Positions 1-9,085 of a DNA stretch of 64,000 nt are shown here, piece by piece. The position numbers and the translations under genes are program-made. The notes beneath the pieces were generated by a model. It saw only the letters and a program-made list of their open reading frames with translations. It had not been told where the DNA came from and did not search any database. The first letter of the stretch is position 1, and each line of letters starts with the position of its first letter. Source of the stretch: Nitrosopumilus sp. (GTDB taxonomy: Archaea; Thermoproteota; Nitrososphaeria; Nitrososphaerales; Nitrosopumilaceae); the NCBI GenBank assembly GCA_965224195.1, contig OZ245040.1:1-64000 (forward strand), written 5' to 3'.

Positions 1-2060
1 CTCTTTACGGTACCGTCAGTGTCCATGAACATAATATGGATAGCGCCCGTGAAAGTTCCTCCGAGGCTATCTGATGAAGCACCCACTGCAATGTCTGCAA
101 CACCGTCGCCGTTGAGGTCTCCAATGCCTGCAACTGATGAACCGAATTGGTCATTATTTGAGAGGGAGGGGCCGTTTGTGGTGGAGCTGTTGATCTCAAC
201 GGTGTCCTTTACGGTGCCGTCAGTGTCCATGAACATTATGTGTATGGTACCCCTATCGTTTCCTCCGGCATCATCTGCATTTGCGCCCACTGCAATGTCT
301 GCAACACCGTCACGGTTCAAGTCGCCGATGTTTGCAACTGATGAGCCGAAGTAGTCATTATTTGAGAGGGTGAGACCATTTGTGGTGGAGCTGTTGATCT
401 CAACGGTGTCCTTTACGGCGCCATCAGTGTCCATGAACATTATGTGTATGGTACCCCTACCGTTTCCTCCGTCGTCATCTAAATATGCACCCACTGCAAT
501 GTCTGGGACGCCATCACGGTTCAAGTCGCCGATGTTTGCAACTGATGAGCCGAAGCGGTCATCATTTGAGAGGGCGGGACCGTTTGTGGTGGAGCTGTTG
601 ATCTCAACGGTTCTCTTTATGGTGCCGTCAGTATTCATAAGTAAAATGTGTACGGCTCCCCTGTCGGCGCCTCCATGGTCATCTCTTAATGCACCCACTG
701 CAATGTCTGCAACACCGTCGCCGTTGAGGTCGCCGATGCTTGCGACAGAGTAGCCAAATTTGTCATCAGTGGAGAGTGCGGGACCGTCTGCAGTAGAGTC
801 GTCAATCTTTACAGTCTCCCTTACACTGCCTGTCCCATGCGGGGCAATGGCATCAAGATAGATGATGTGTACGGCGCCCCTGTCGGATCCTCCGTCGTCA
901 TCACTTCTTGCGCCTACTGCAATGTCTGCAACGCCGTCGCCGTTGATGTCGCCAATGTTTGCGATGGATGTGCCAAAAAAGTCGTCATTGGAGAGGGAGG
1001 GGCCGTTTGTGGTGGATTTGTTGATCTCAACGGTTCCCTTTATGGTGCCATCAGCATTCATGAGCATGATATGTACGGCACCCCTTTTATCTCCGCCAAA
1101 GCCGTCATCCCTTGAGCCAGCTGCAATGTCTGGGACGCCGTCGCCGTTGATGTCGCCGATGTTTGCGACAGATGTGCCAAACCAGACACCATTGGAAAGG
1201 GAGGGGCCGTTTGTGGTGGAGCTGTTGATCTCAACGGTTCTCTTTATGGTGCCGTCAGCATTCATGAGCATGATGTGTACGGCACCCCTATCGAACCCTC
1301 CATCGCTATCACGATATGCGCCAGCTGCAATGTCTGGGACGCCGTCACGGTTCAAGTCGCCGATGTTTGCGACAGATGTGCCAAACCAGACACCATTGGA
1401 AAGGGAGGGGCCGTTTGTGGTGGAGCTGTTGATCTCAACGGTTCTCTTTATGGTGCCGTCAGCATTCATGAGCATGATGTGTACGGCGCCCCTGTTGGTT
1501 CCTCCGGTGGAATCGCCATATGCGCCAGCTGCAATGTCTGCAACGCCATCACCATCCAAGTCTCCTATGTTTGCCACTGATGAGCCAAAAAAGTTGTCAT
1601 TGGAGAGGGAGGGACCGTTGGAAGTAGAATCGTTGATCTCAATGGTTCTCTTTACGGTGCCGTCAGCATTCATGAGCATGATGTGTACGGCGCCCCTTTG
1701 GTCTCCTGCCCCATCATCACCATATGCGCCAGCTGCAATGTCTGCAACGCCATCATCATCCAAGTCTCCTATGTTTGCGACAGATATGCCAAACCAGTCC
1801 GAGTTGGAGAGGACGGGACCGTTGGAAGTAGAATCGTCAATCTTTGCGGCGCTCTTTACGGTGCCGTTAGCATTCATGAACAGGACATGTACGGCACCTT
1901 TGTTGGATCCTCCTTCGTCATCTCCTTGTGCACCCACTGCAATGTCTGCAGTACCGTCGCCGTTGAGATCGCCGATGTTTGCGACAGATATGCCAAAAGA
2001 GTCGTTATTGGAGAGGGTAGGTCCGTTGGAAGTAGAGCTGTTGATCTCCACAGAGGATCT
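1..2060. repeat. ~204-bp (68-aa) tandem repeats encoding the FG-GAP blades, about 10 copies
   Basis: The marker gcaatgtctg recurs at about 87, 292, 497, 701, 920, 1123, 1327, 1531, 1735 and 1939; the units at ~1117-1290 and ~1321-1494 are nearly identical. Confidence 0.9.
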
Positions 2061-3239
2061 CGGATATGCATAGTTGTTTGCATATGCCACACTGCCACCA
2101 AACTCAAGCTTTAGGTGGTGCTTTCCGGGGGTGTGGACCAGCATCTCAAAGGAGCTGGTGGCGTCGTCACTTGAGTAGCCTGGAAATACGATAGATGTTA
2201 TTTTGGATTCATCATCATAGACAAACTCGTGTGCAATCATCATGTTGCTGTTACTACTGATATCTGAACTATACAGTGAGACAAACTCCAAGTCATCAGG
2301 CAGCCCCGTCCCAAAGCTGGTCCCGTTGACTGTAGATATCACCAGGTCGTGAGTTTCCTCTGTTACAAAGTCTACAATCCAGTGGCCTCCCACAGCAGGA
2401 TATGACTGCTCATTTAGCACCCTGATGCTGCTGCCGTGCAGCTCCGAAAGAAACTCTTGCACTGCTGTTTTCTCATGGCCGCTCAGAGACCTGTTGTTGT
2501 TAAGATTATCATAGCTGGCATTATTATTATCATATTTGACATCATAGCTGCTGCCAAGGTTATCATAGCTGGCATTATTATTATCATAGTTGGCATTATT
2601 ATTATCATAGTTGGCATTATTATTATCATAGTTGGCATTATTATTATCATAGTTGGCATTATTATTATCATAGTTGGCATTATAGCTGCTGCCGTACAGC
2701 GAGTCAGCCAAGGCATCCAAATCTGCTCCGTACAGCACAGAGTCCTGCAAATCCTGATGCTGCTGATACTCACCTGTAATAGAATCAAGAACAGGCCAGG
2801 AGCTGCTGTTATTATTGTTGGCACTGCTGTTACTGCTGATGCTACCATCTAGATCACCCATGCCTTCAGGCGGATATGCAAACGCGTGCTGGATTGGAGA
2901 GAAGGTCAGTCCGATTGGGCCAAGCATGCTACCAGACACAAACACGATGCAGACAAGCACGGCAAGGGATCTTTTCAGAAAAGGGCGGCTGTCGTATCTG
3001 CTTGACAGCATGCTTGCAAGCACAAAGATTCCTAGCGCAACTACAAAGAGCACGTAAAAGTGTGCAGAAGGCGACTGCTGATTCCACAGCAAAATCCCCT
3101 GAGACTCTGATGAGGAAGAGCCTGCAGGATGCGGCGTGGCCTCATTGTACACAGTCTCCTGTGCAGACACGGGAGGCATGCCAGACAATGCAAGAGCTGA
3201 AAAAAGCAAAAACAGCAAAAAGACACTCTTTGGAGCCAT
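1..3239 (-). CDS. Giant secreted/membrane-anchored FG-GAP (integrin alpha beta-propeller-like) repeat surface protein, 5' part only; runs off the left end of the window
   Basis: Manual minus-strand translation from ATG at 3239 gives MAPKSVFLLFLLFSALALSGMPPVSAQ (signal peptide), two more hydrophobic segments, an Asn-rich linker, a QSYPAVGGHW...GKHHLKLEFG domain, then ~10 repeats like FGSSVANIGDLDGDGVADIAVGA...GAVHIMLMNADGTVK. The same frame reads MFMDTDGTVK at bases 3-32. No stop inside the window, hence absent from the ORF track. Confidence 0.9.
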   Translation of the reverse strand, partial: MAPKSVFLLFLLFSALALSGMPPVSAQETVYNEATPHPAGSSSSESQGILLWNQQSPSAHFYVLFVVALGIFVLASMLSSRYDSRPFLKRSLAVLVCIVFVSGSMLGPIGLTFSPIQHAFAYPPEGMGDLDGSISSNSSANNNNSSSWPVLDSITGEYQQHQDLQDSVLYGADLDALADSLYGSSYNANYDNNNANYDNNNANYDNNNANYDNNNANYDNNNASYDNLGSSYDVKYDNNNASYDNLNNNRSLSGHEKTAVQEFLSELHGSSIRVLNEQSYPAVGGHWIVDFVTEETHDLVISTVNGTSFGTGLPDDLEFVSLYSSDISSNSNMMIAHEFVYDDESKITSIVFPGYSSDDATSSFEMLVHTPGKHHLKLEFGGSVAYANNYAYPRSSVEINSSTSNGPTLSNNDSFGISVANIGDLNGDGTADIAVGAQGDDEGGSNKGAVHVLFMNANGTVKSAAKIDDSTSNGPVLSNSDWFGISVANIGDLDDDGVADIAAGAYGDDGAGDQRGAVHIMLMNADGTVKRTIEINDSTSNGPSLSNDNFFGSSVANIGDLDGDGVADIAAGAYGDSTGGTNRGAVHIMLMNADGTIKRTVEINSSTTNGPSLSNGVWFGTSVANIGDLNRDGVPDIAAGAYRDSDGGFDRGAVHIMLMNADGTIKRTVEINSSTTNGPSLSNGVWFGTSVANIGDINGDGVPDIAAGSRDDGFGGDKRGAVHIMLMNADGTIKGTVEINKSTTNGPSLSNDDFFGTSIANIGDINGDGVADIAVGARSDDDGGSDRGAVHIIYLDAIAPHGTGSVRETVKIDDSTADGPALSTDDKFGYSVASIGDLNGDGVADIAVGALRDDHGGADRGAVHILLMNTDGTIKRTVEINSSTTNGPALSNDDRFGSSVANIGDLNRDGVPDIAVGAYLDDDGGNGRGTIHIMFMDTDGAVKDTVEINSSTTNGLTLSNNDYFGSSVANIGDLNRDGVADIAVGANADDAGGNDRGTIHIMFMDTDGTVKDTVEINSSTTNGPSLSNNDQFGSSVAGIGDLNGDGVADIAVGASSDSLGGTFTGAIHIMFMDTDGTVK
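2564..2683. repeat. 21-bp tandem repeat (catagttggcattattattat), ~5.5 copies, encoding ANYDNNN in the surface protein
   Basis: Directly visible; unit length is a multiple of 3; one more degenerate copy near 2510. Confidence 0.95.
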
Positions 3240-3335
3240 GGCTACCAAGACTCCGCCGTCGTCATGCCATCAAGAAAGGCAGAACTTTGGGCTATAAAAT
3301 ATTCAAATATACTGGCAATGGGAGTCTCTCTTCTA

Positions 3336-3349
3336 CCCCCCCCCCCCCC
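3336..3349. repeat. Poly-C14 tract upstream of the surface-protein gene
   Basis: 14 consecutive C residues about 100 bp upstream of the ATG at 3239. Confidence 0.95.
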
Positions 3350-3465
3350 GAATCAGTGATAGGCAAGATATAAGCAACATGCACGTATTAACCAGAAAAC
3401 ATACATATTTAATTATTTTGGAAGCCGGGGGCTTCTCTCTATTATCCTTAAATTAGTTCAGCCCC

Positions 3466-3511
3466 ATCATGATAATATATCATGATAATATATCATGATA
3501 ATATATCATGA
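3466..3511. repeat. 13-bp tandem repeat (atcatgataatat) x ~3.5 containing the palindrome ATCATGAT
   Basis: Directly visible in intergenic DNA. Confidence 0.9.
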
Positions 3512-3810
3512 CTCATCATTAATGTGTCTGCAGAGGATACAGAGTTAAAATGTCACACTAACGCCTGCTGTTTGATTTCAACGAGGTACCAATACATAAG
3601 GTATTTGCAATCAGAGCAACAGATACTAACATACGAGTCCATACAAACTACTTTAATGACGGCTTTATGATAATTGGCGAATCACTAAATCCTGCCTACA
3701 TACAATGCGTTCAACTCATCTTAAAACTCAAAAAATGCCCGATTTTGAACCAAATATTTGATTCATTTGTTTGGGACTAGAATCATAAAATTATGTTGAA
3801 AATCGTAGTT

Positions 3811-4372
3811 TTAAGATAAGTTAGTTGCATCAGAGTATGCCATCTCTTTATTGTTGAAACATTTTTGTCTTTCACTAAAAAATAAAGAATATGTTTCGTT
3901 TAACTCTGTTTTAAAATAGCTCCCATAACTAAAAATTCCTGAAATGCTCTCTTGCACTGGCATCATACCAACTTGTAATGTTGAGCGCGTTAACATATGG
4001 CCAGGGGAAAGGAGATACTCACTCTTGCACTGGCATCATACCAACTTGTAATGTTGAGGGCATGCCCTTTGCTTCCTTGAATGTGGGATGACTAATTATT
4101 ACCTGCGTCATGTTCAATGACTCTGCTTTGTTTTCATCAACTGATACACCCCTCCCCTCCTCTGGCAGGTTATTTGAGCCAAAAACCAAAACTGCAATTG
4201 TAACCACAACTGCAATGCTGCCTGCAATCAGAGTCCTCTTCAACAAATAACTAATGAGATTATGTCCTAAAAAACATCTATTATTATTATGCGTGTCATG
4301 ATGTGCAAATGTACGGCGCCGGGATGGATGATGAAACCCGATTTTGGATTGCACAGAAAGTTGCAGATTCAA
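3811..4372 (-). pseudogene. Fragmented membrane-anchored protein gene, possibly an ABC transporter substrate-binding protein remnant, with an internal ~37-bp duplication
   Basis: TM anchor LIAGSIAVVVTIAVLVFG; STLQVGMMPVQE is encoded twice (~3949-3986 and ~4022-4058), and both copies lie in short ORFs that terminate early. Confidence 0.4.
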
Positions 4373-4396
4373 GCATGATGCTCAAGTCTTCTAAAA

Positions 4397-4780
4397 ATGG
4401 GGAAACAAAATAATCAAACAGATGCAGTTTTTGTAAAAGCATCAAAATCAATAGATGAGATGAAAAATATAGGAAAAGAAATCAATGCACCGCTTGTTGC
4501 AAATATGATTGAGGGTGGAGCAACTCCATTAAGTTCATCAAAATTATTAAGTAAAATAAGATTCAATATTATTCTCTATCCATTGTCTGTTTTATACGCA
4601 AACACATTTGCAACAATGAATATCCTAACCGAATTAAAAAAGTCAGGAAATACTTCAAAGTATAAACAAAAAGTTGTGAATTTTGATCAGTTTAATGACT
4701 TGGTTGAACTTCCAAAATTTAGAAAAATGGAGAAAAAATACAAAAAACAAAGAAATAATAAAAGAAAAAATTTCAAGTGA
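4397..4780 (+). pseudogene. C-terminal fragment of an isocitrate lyase/PEP mutase family enzyme (PrpB-like)
   Basis: DAVFV...PLVANMIEGGATP...ILYPLS...FNDLVEL is the C-terminal half of ICL/PEPM enzymes; the catalytic N-terminal ~170 aa are absent. Confidence 0.75.
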
Positions 4781-4787
4781 AATACGA

Positions 4788-5075
4788 TTAAGGCGTAACT
4801 CGCTTTATTTCAATTTCTATTGTTGAAACATTTCTAGTTCTGCCGTCTTGTGACTCTAGTGCTTCTGAACCAATTTTAATTTCTCCGATAGAGTAGCCTG
4901 CATTTTCTGTTTTTCTTGCAATAATTTGAGCTACATCCACAGCACGTCCTATACTGAGTCCTCTAGCTTTGATGTTGACGGTCGGTAAGTTTGCCAATTG
5001 AATTAGCGCTGATGTTACATATGCCATCAATGGTTTCTTACCAATGAATACGGTGTCTCTGGTTTCATTTGACAT
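4788..5075 (-). CDS. albA: Chromatin protein Alba
   Basis: VFIGKKPLMAYV, IKARGLSIGRAVDVA and RNVSTIEI motifs. Confidence 0.95.
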   Translation of the reverse strand: MSNETRDTVFIGKKPLMAYVTSALIQLANLPTVNIKARGLSIGRAVDVAQIIARKTENAGYSIGEIKIGSEALESQDGRTRNVSTIEIEIKRVTP

Positions 5076-5188
5076 GCAAAATTTGGTATTTAAGGATAAT
5101 TTAAAGCTAAAAGGGTATTTTCAGAATAAATGAAAAAAAATGAAAAATTTGAACCATTATTAACTAGAAAAGAGGAATTTGTCAGAAG

Positions 5189-5746
5189 TTGGAAAATATT
5201 TCAAAAGTTTTAGAATTTGGAAACAGTAAAGAAAAAATCAAAATTTTGGAGACTTTGAATAATGAAGGTGATCCCAACATGTTAGAAAAAATAATTTTAA
5301 AATTAGATGATGATGATCTTGAAGTTAGAGGGGAAGCATTTAGTTCACTTTTGTTAAATAAAAATAAAATTTCAAATTTTTTAATTAATAATTTGAATAC
5401 TGCAAATAAAAACATCAGAGGTTTTGTATTACTAGTTTTAGCAAATAGAAATGAAACATCTGCAATTCCTGAAATAATTAAACTTGCAAAAGATGAAAGC
5501 TCTATAGTAAGATCATGTGCTCTGGGAGCATTAGGTTACCTTAAGGCTATTGAAGCTAAAGAGATTTTTCTTGAAGCATCATTAGATTCCAACATAGAAG
5601 TAAAAAAAAGTGCGCTCCAAGCAATCATTGATTTAAAAATTCAATTATCAAAAGAAAAAATCAATGAGATTTTAAAAGAAAAAGATCCAGAAATTGAAAA
5701 AATGATTTCATTAATTAAAAAAATAAGTGGACCGGAAGGGATTTGA
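5189..5746 (+). CDS. HEAT/PBS-lyase repeat protein
   Basis: Repeated L.D....VR..A...L units (LDDDDLEVRGEA, KDESSIVRSCALGALG, DSNIEVKKSALQAI). Confidence 0.85.
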   Translation: MENISKVLEFGNSKEKIKILETLNNEGDPNMLEKIILKLDDDDLEVRGEAFSSLLLNKNKISNFLINNLNTANKNIRGFVLLVLANRNETSAIPEIIKLAKDESSIVRSCALGALGYLKAIEAKEIFLEASLDSNIEVKKSALQAIIDLKIQLSKEKINEILKEKDPEIEKMISLIKKISGPEGI

Positions 5747-5801
5747 ACCCTCGATCCCATGCATGCCATGCACATATCCTACCGAACTAGACGACCGGCC
5801 C
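5728..5801 (-). tRNA. tRNA-Ala(GGC)
   Basis: Reverse complement GGGCCGGTCGTCTAGTTCGGTAGGATATGTGC-ATGGCAT-GCATGGGATCGAGGGTTCAAATCCCTTCCGGTCCA: cloverleaf, GGC anticodon, GTTCAAATC T-loop. Confidence 0.93.
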
Positions 5802-5926
5802 AATAATCAGAAATCTGATTGAAATACGTTTTTCAAATTGGTTATTAACGTTTAGCGGTCAATTAGTAAATCGGGTTATGAAATTAACACAATATATTTA
5901 ACCTTGCAAATGCTGATTCAATCGTT

Positions 5927-6772
5927 ATGGTCGTGGATAACAAAGCAACTGTCACTTATGTCCAATTATTAAAAGAAGATCTTGTAATTATTAGAATAGT
6001 TCCAAATGATGGCCCTGTTCCAGAATACCAAGCAGGTCAATTCATCACTTTAGGATTACCAAATCCTGTAGAAAATGGAAAAATTGTTAGACGTGCATAT
6101 TCAATTGCATCACATCCAGAAAATAGAGATTATGTGGAGTTAGTTATTAGATGGGTTAGAAAACCACTTCCAGGTAGATTGACCACTCAAATATTTAGTG
6201 TAAAAGAAGGAGATGAAATTCTGTGGTTAAAACCAACAGGTAGAGCATTACTAATTAATGAAGAATTTGCAAATGGTGAAAAAGATAACCGCCGAATTGT
6301 TTGTATCGGTGGAGGAACAGGACTTGCACCGTTTGTAAGCTTTGCACAACATCTTCATGATACTGACGATAAACGTGAAATCATAGTTTTACATGGTGCT
6401 AGTTATGTTGATGAATTAAGTTACAAAGATTTACTATCTAATCTTGAAAATGAAAGTATTGCTAAAGGTAAAGACAAGTGGAATTTCAGATACAGAGCAG
6501 CAATCAGCAGACCACAAGAATGGTTTAACAGATCATGGGCAGGTCAAATTGGTAGAGTTGAAACATTCCTAAGACCAAGAGATAATGGACTTTCACCATT
6601 AGAAGAATTAATTGACGATAAAATAACTAAAGAAAATACAATTTTCTATGTTTGTGGATGGCAAGGAACCATTGATGGAGTAATGGATTTCTTGAATCCT
6701 AAAGGTTTTGTCACTGAACATGATAAGCGTGAAGATGGAAGCTTTGAAGTTAAATACGAATCATACGGATAG
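5927..6772 (+). CDS. Ferredoxin/flavodoxin-NADP+ reductase
   Basis: RAYSIAS FAD motif, GGGTGLAPF, YVCG and C-terminal ESY. Confidence 0.9.
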   Translation: MVVDNKATVTYVQLLKEDLVIIRIVPNDGPVPEYQAGQFITLGLPNPVENGKIVRRAYSIASHPENRDYVELVIRWVRKPLPGRLTTQIFSVKEGDEILWLKPTGRALLINEEFANGEKDNRRIVCIGGGTGLAPFVSFAQHLHDTDDKREIIVLHGASYVDELSYKDLLSNLENESIAKGKDKWNFRYRAAISRPQEWFNRSWAGQIGRVETFLRPRDNGLSPLEELIDDKITKENTIFYVCGWQGTIDGVMDFLNPKGFVTEHDKREDGSFEVKYESYG

Positions 6773-6823
6773 AATTTTTACAAAATCAATCATTGAAATA
6801 TGAGAATTATTTACGTGATGTAA

Positions 6824-7423
6824 TTGATTACGGCTCTCTATCTTGCACATCTAAATCCAGTAACAAATGCACATGTTGAAATAATTAAAGAATTGAAAAA
6901 ACAAGCAGATATTGTTAAAGTAATGCCAGTAGTCTTCAAGGATGAAAATAGAGAAATAAACAGTAAGAGCTTTCCATTTAATTTTGAAACTAGAAAAAAG
7001 ATGCTTGAATCCATTTTCGGTGATTCAATCCAAATTACTGATGATTATGCATTTTATGCACCATTTAAAAAATACTTGCCACCATTAGTTAGACGAAAAT
7101 CATGGAAACTCAGAAAACAAATACTTGATGGAGTGAATGGCGAATATTTTTCATATACTGGAGATAAGGCTGAAGGATACATGTTGAAATTGTATAGATT
7201 AAAACCAAAAATTGGTGAAAGAAAATCACTTTCAGCCACATCTGTAAAAGAAAAATTGTATGATGCAGTTCAAGAAAAGAAAACATCATGGAAAGAAGAT
7301 GTTCCAGAAAATATTATAAAAATTATTGAAGATGAATGGCAAACAGTTGAAAAATTTGCAAACGAAGAAGATCAAACGACAAAAATTGTAGGAATGAAAT
7401 TCCCCAAAGAAGGATACAAGTGA
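6824..7423 (+). CDS. Cytidylyltransferase-family (HIGH-type) nucleotidyltransferase
   Basis: N-terminal HLNPVTNAH, PFNFETRKKML and LSATSVK motifs. Confidence 0.7.
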   Translation: MITALYLAHLNPVTNAHVEIIKELKKQADIVKVMPVVFKDENREINSKSFPFNFETRKKMLESIFGDSIQITDDYAFYAPFKKYLPPLVRRKSWKLRKQILDGVNGEYFSYTGDKAEGYMLKLYRLKPKIGERKSLSATSVKEKLYDAVQEKKTSWKEDVPENIIKIIEDEWQTVEKFANEEDQTTKIVGMKFPKEGYK

Positions 7424-7444
7424 AAAAATAATTTTTAATTATTC

Positions 7445-7822
7445 TTAAGATATTTCTTTTGATTTTAATTGCTGATTAAGGAAATGAAGAATTGTACTTA
7501 TTTCATATGATTTATGGATTATAGCAGTAGGTTGTAATTTTTCTAACATTTTGTTCGTTTCATCAGAAGTATCTGCAGTAATCACCATCACAATAGAGAA
7601 AGGATCAATCTTTCTAATTTCTTCTAAAGCATACAATCCATTAAATTTAGGCATCATTATATCTAAAAATACTACATCAGGTTTCAAAGATTGAAAAGCA
7701 TCAGTGGCATCTTTACCATTTGTAGTTTTACTAATTACTTTAATTCCATTAATTTCAAGTAATTCTGAAAATAATTCAAGATGAGCAATATCATCTTCAG
7801 CTACAATAGCAGTAATTGCCAA
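7445..7822 (-). CDS. Stand-alone response regulator receiver (CheY-like)
   Basis: AEDD, PDVVFLDIMMP, ITA and the conserved Lys in IIHK. Confidence 0.9.
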   Translation of the reverse strand: MAITAIVAEDDIAHLELFSELLEINGIKVISKTTNGKDATDAFQSLKPDVVFLDIMMPKFNGLYALEEIRKIDPFSIVMVITADTSDETNKMLEKLQPTAIIHKSYEISTILHFLNQQLKSKEIS

Positions 7823-8167
7823 CAGATAATTTTATCAAAGTGGATTATTAAAATCTCTGATTTTACAAAAAAATTGTAAGCTTTTGTTAGAATTGTAAAC
7901 ATTAATTTTTTTAGTATAAAATTTCTTTGAAAAACATATTGAATTTTGTAAAAATACTATGAAAATAATAAATATAAAATTCATGGGAAATTACTTGACA
8001 CAATTTTAGATATAGCACATACTAAACAATAGGGCTAGTTAGTAAAATATCATAAAAGTGAGATTTACGCATAAAATTCCTCTAAAGAAAAAGTAATTTT
8101 ACTTTCAAGTTTTAAAGAATAAAGTTAGATTGAAAATAGATTAATACACATATGATAAAAGTTTCCT

Positions 8168-9085
8168 ATGAAACTTCCACTATCAAAATATGTTTGGTTT
8201 GATGGAAAATATGTTCCTACAGAAAAAGCACAAGTTCCAATTACAACACATGCAATTCATTATGGCACATCAGTTTTTGAAGGAATTAGAGCATATTGGA
8301 ATGGAAAAAATCTCAATGTGTTTAGATTAGATGAACATGTAAAGCGATTTAGAAGATCAGGACAGTTTTATAATATTTCACTTAATTTTTCAGATGATGA
8401 TATTACTAATGCAGTGATTGGGATTTGTAAAAAAAATGAAATAAAAAAATCATGTTACATAAGACCATTTTACTTTGTAGGTGATTACGGAATTAATCTT
8501 CATGTTACTGAAAAGGCACCTACAAACATTGCAATCTTTACTTTTCCTTTCGGGGATTTGTTTAGCAAAAATGGAATTACAGCAGGAGTTGTATCTTGGA
8601 GGAAATTCTCAGACATGTCAACCCCACCTCAAGCCAAAATGGGTGGGAATTATCTAAATTCGATTGTTGCAACCCAAGAGGCAAAACGAAATGGGTTTGA
8701 TGAGGCAGTTTTACTTGATCATAATGGAAATGTCAGTGAAGCACCAGGCGAAAATATTTTCATTGTAAGAAATGGTCAATTGCTAACTCCTTCACTTGCA
8801 TCATCAGCTTTAGAAGGAATTACTCGTGATGCGATTATCAAAATTGCGAAAGATTTAGACATTGATATGATTGAGCGAGATGTTACAAGAAGTGAATTAA
8901 TCATTTCAGAAGAAATTTTCCTAACTGGAACTGCGGCAGAAATTACACCAATCATAAAAATGGATTCAAAACAAATTGGAAATGGTAAACCTGGCGATAT
9001 TACTAAAAAGATGATGGAAATGTATACAGAGATAGTAATGAACAAAAATGATGATTACTCCCATTGGTTAACTGAGGTATATTAG
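8168..9085 (+). CDS. ilvE: Branched-chain amino acid aminotransferase
   Basis: HYGTSVFEGIRAY, AKMGGNY, EAPGENIF, LEGITR, GTAAE. Confidence 0.95.
   Translation: MKLPLSKYVWFDGKYVPTEKAQVPITTHAIHYGTSVFEGIRAYWNGKNLNVFRLDEHVKRFRRSGQFYNISLNFSDDDITNAVIGICKKNEIKKSCYIRPFYFVGDYGINLHVTEKAPTNIAIFTFPFGDLFSKNGITAGVVSWRKFSDMSTPPQAKMGGNYLNSIVATQEAKRNGFDEAVLLDHNGNVSEAPGENIFIVRNGQLLTPSLASSALEGITRDAIIKIAKDLDIDMIERDVTRSELIISEEIFLTGTAAEITPIIKMDSKQIGNGKPGDITKKMMEMYTEIVMNKNDDYSHWLTEVY

Noticed and set aside
19-2114. Long plus-strand ORFs (e.g. 862..2073, 403 aa)
   Set aside because: Antisense shadows of the repetitive minus-strand FG-GAP gene, which has the recognisable motifs and signal peptide.
2436-2852. ORFs with poly-Ile (VGIIIII) or MPTMIII repeats
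   Set aside because: Alternative-frame readings of the 21-bp VNTR inside the adhesin gene.
5728-5801. A at position 32 of the tRNA-Ala anticodon loop
   Set aside because: An A32-U38 pair is a known feature of tRNA-Ala(GGC), so it is not a defect.
7830-8160. Very AT-rich intergenic stretch as a replication origin
   Set aside because: No ORB-like repeats or cdc6/orc1 gene nearby; consistent with a divergent promoter region.
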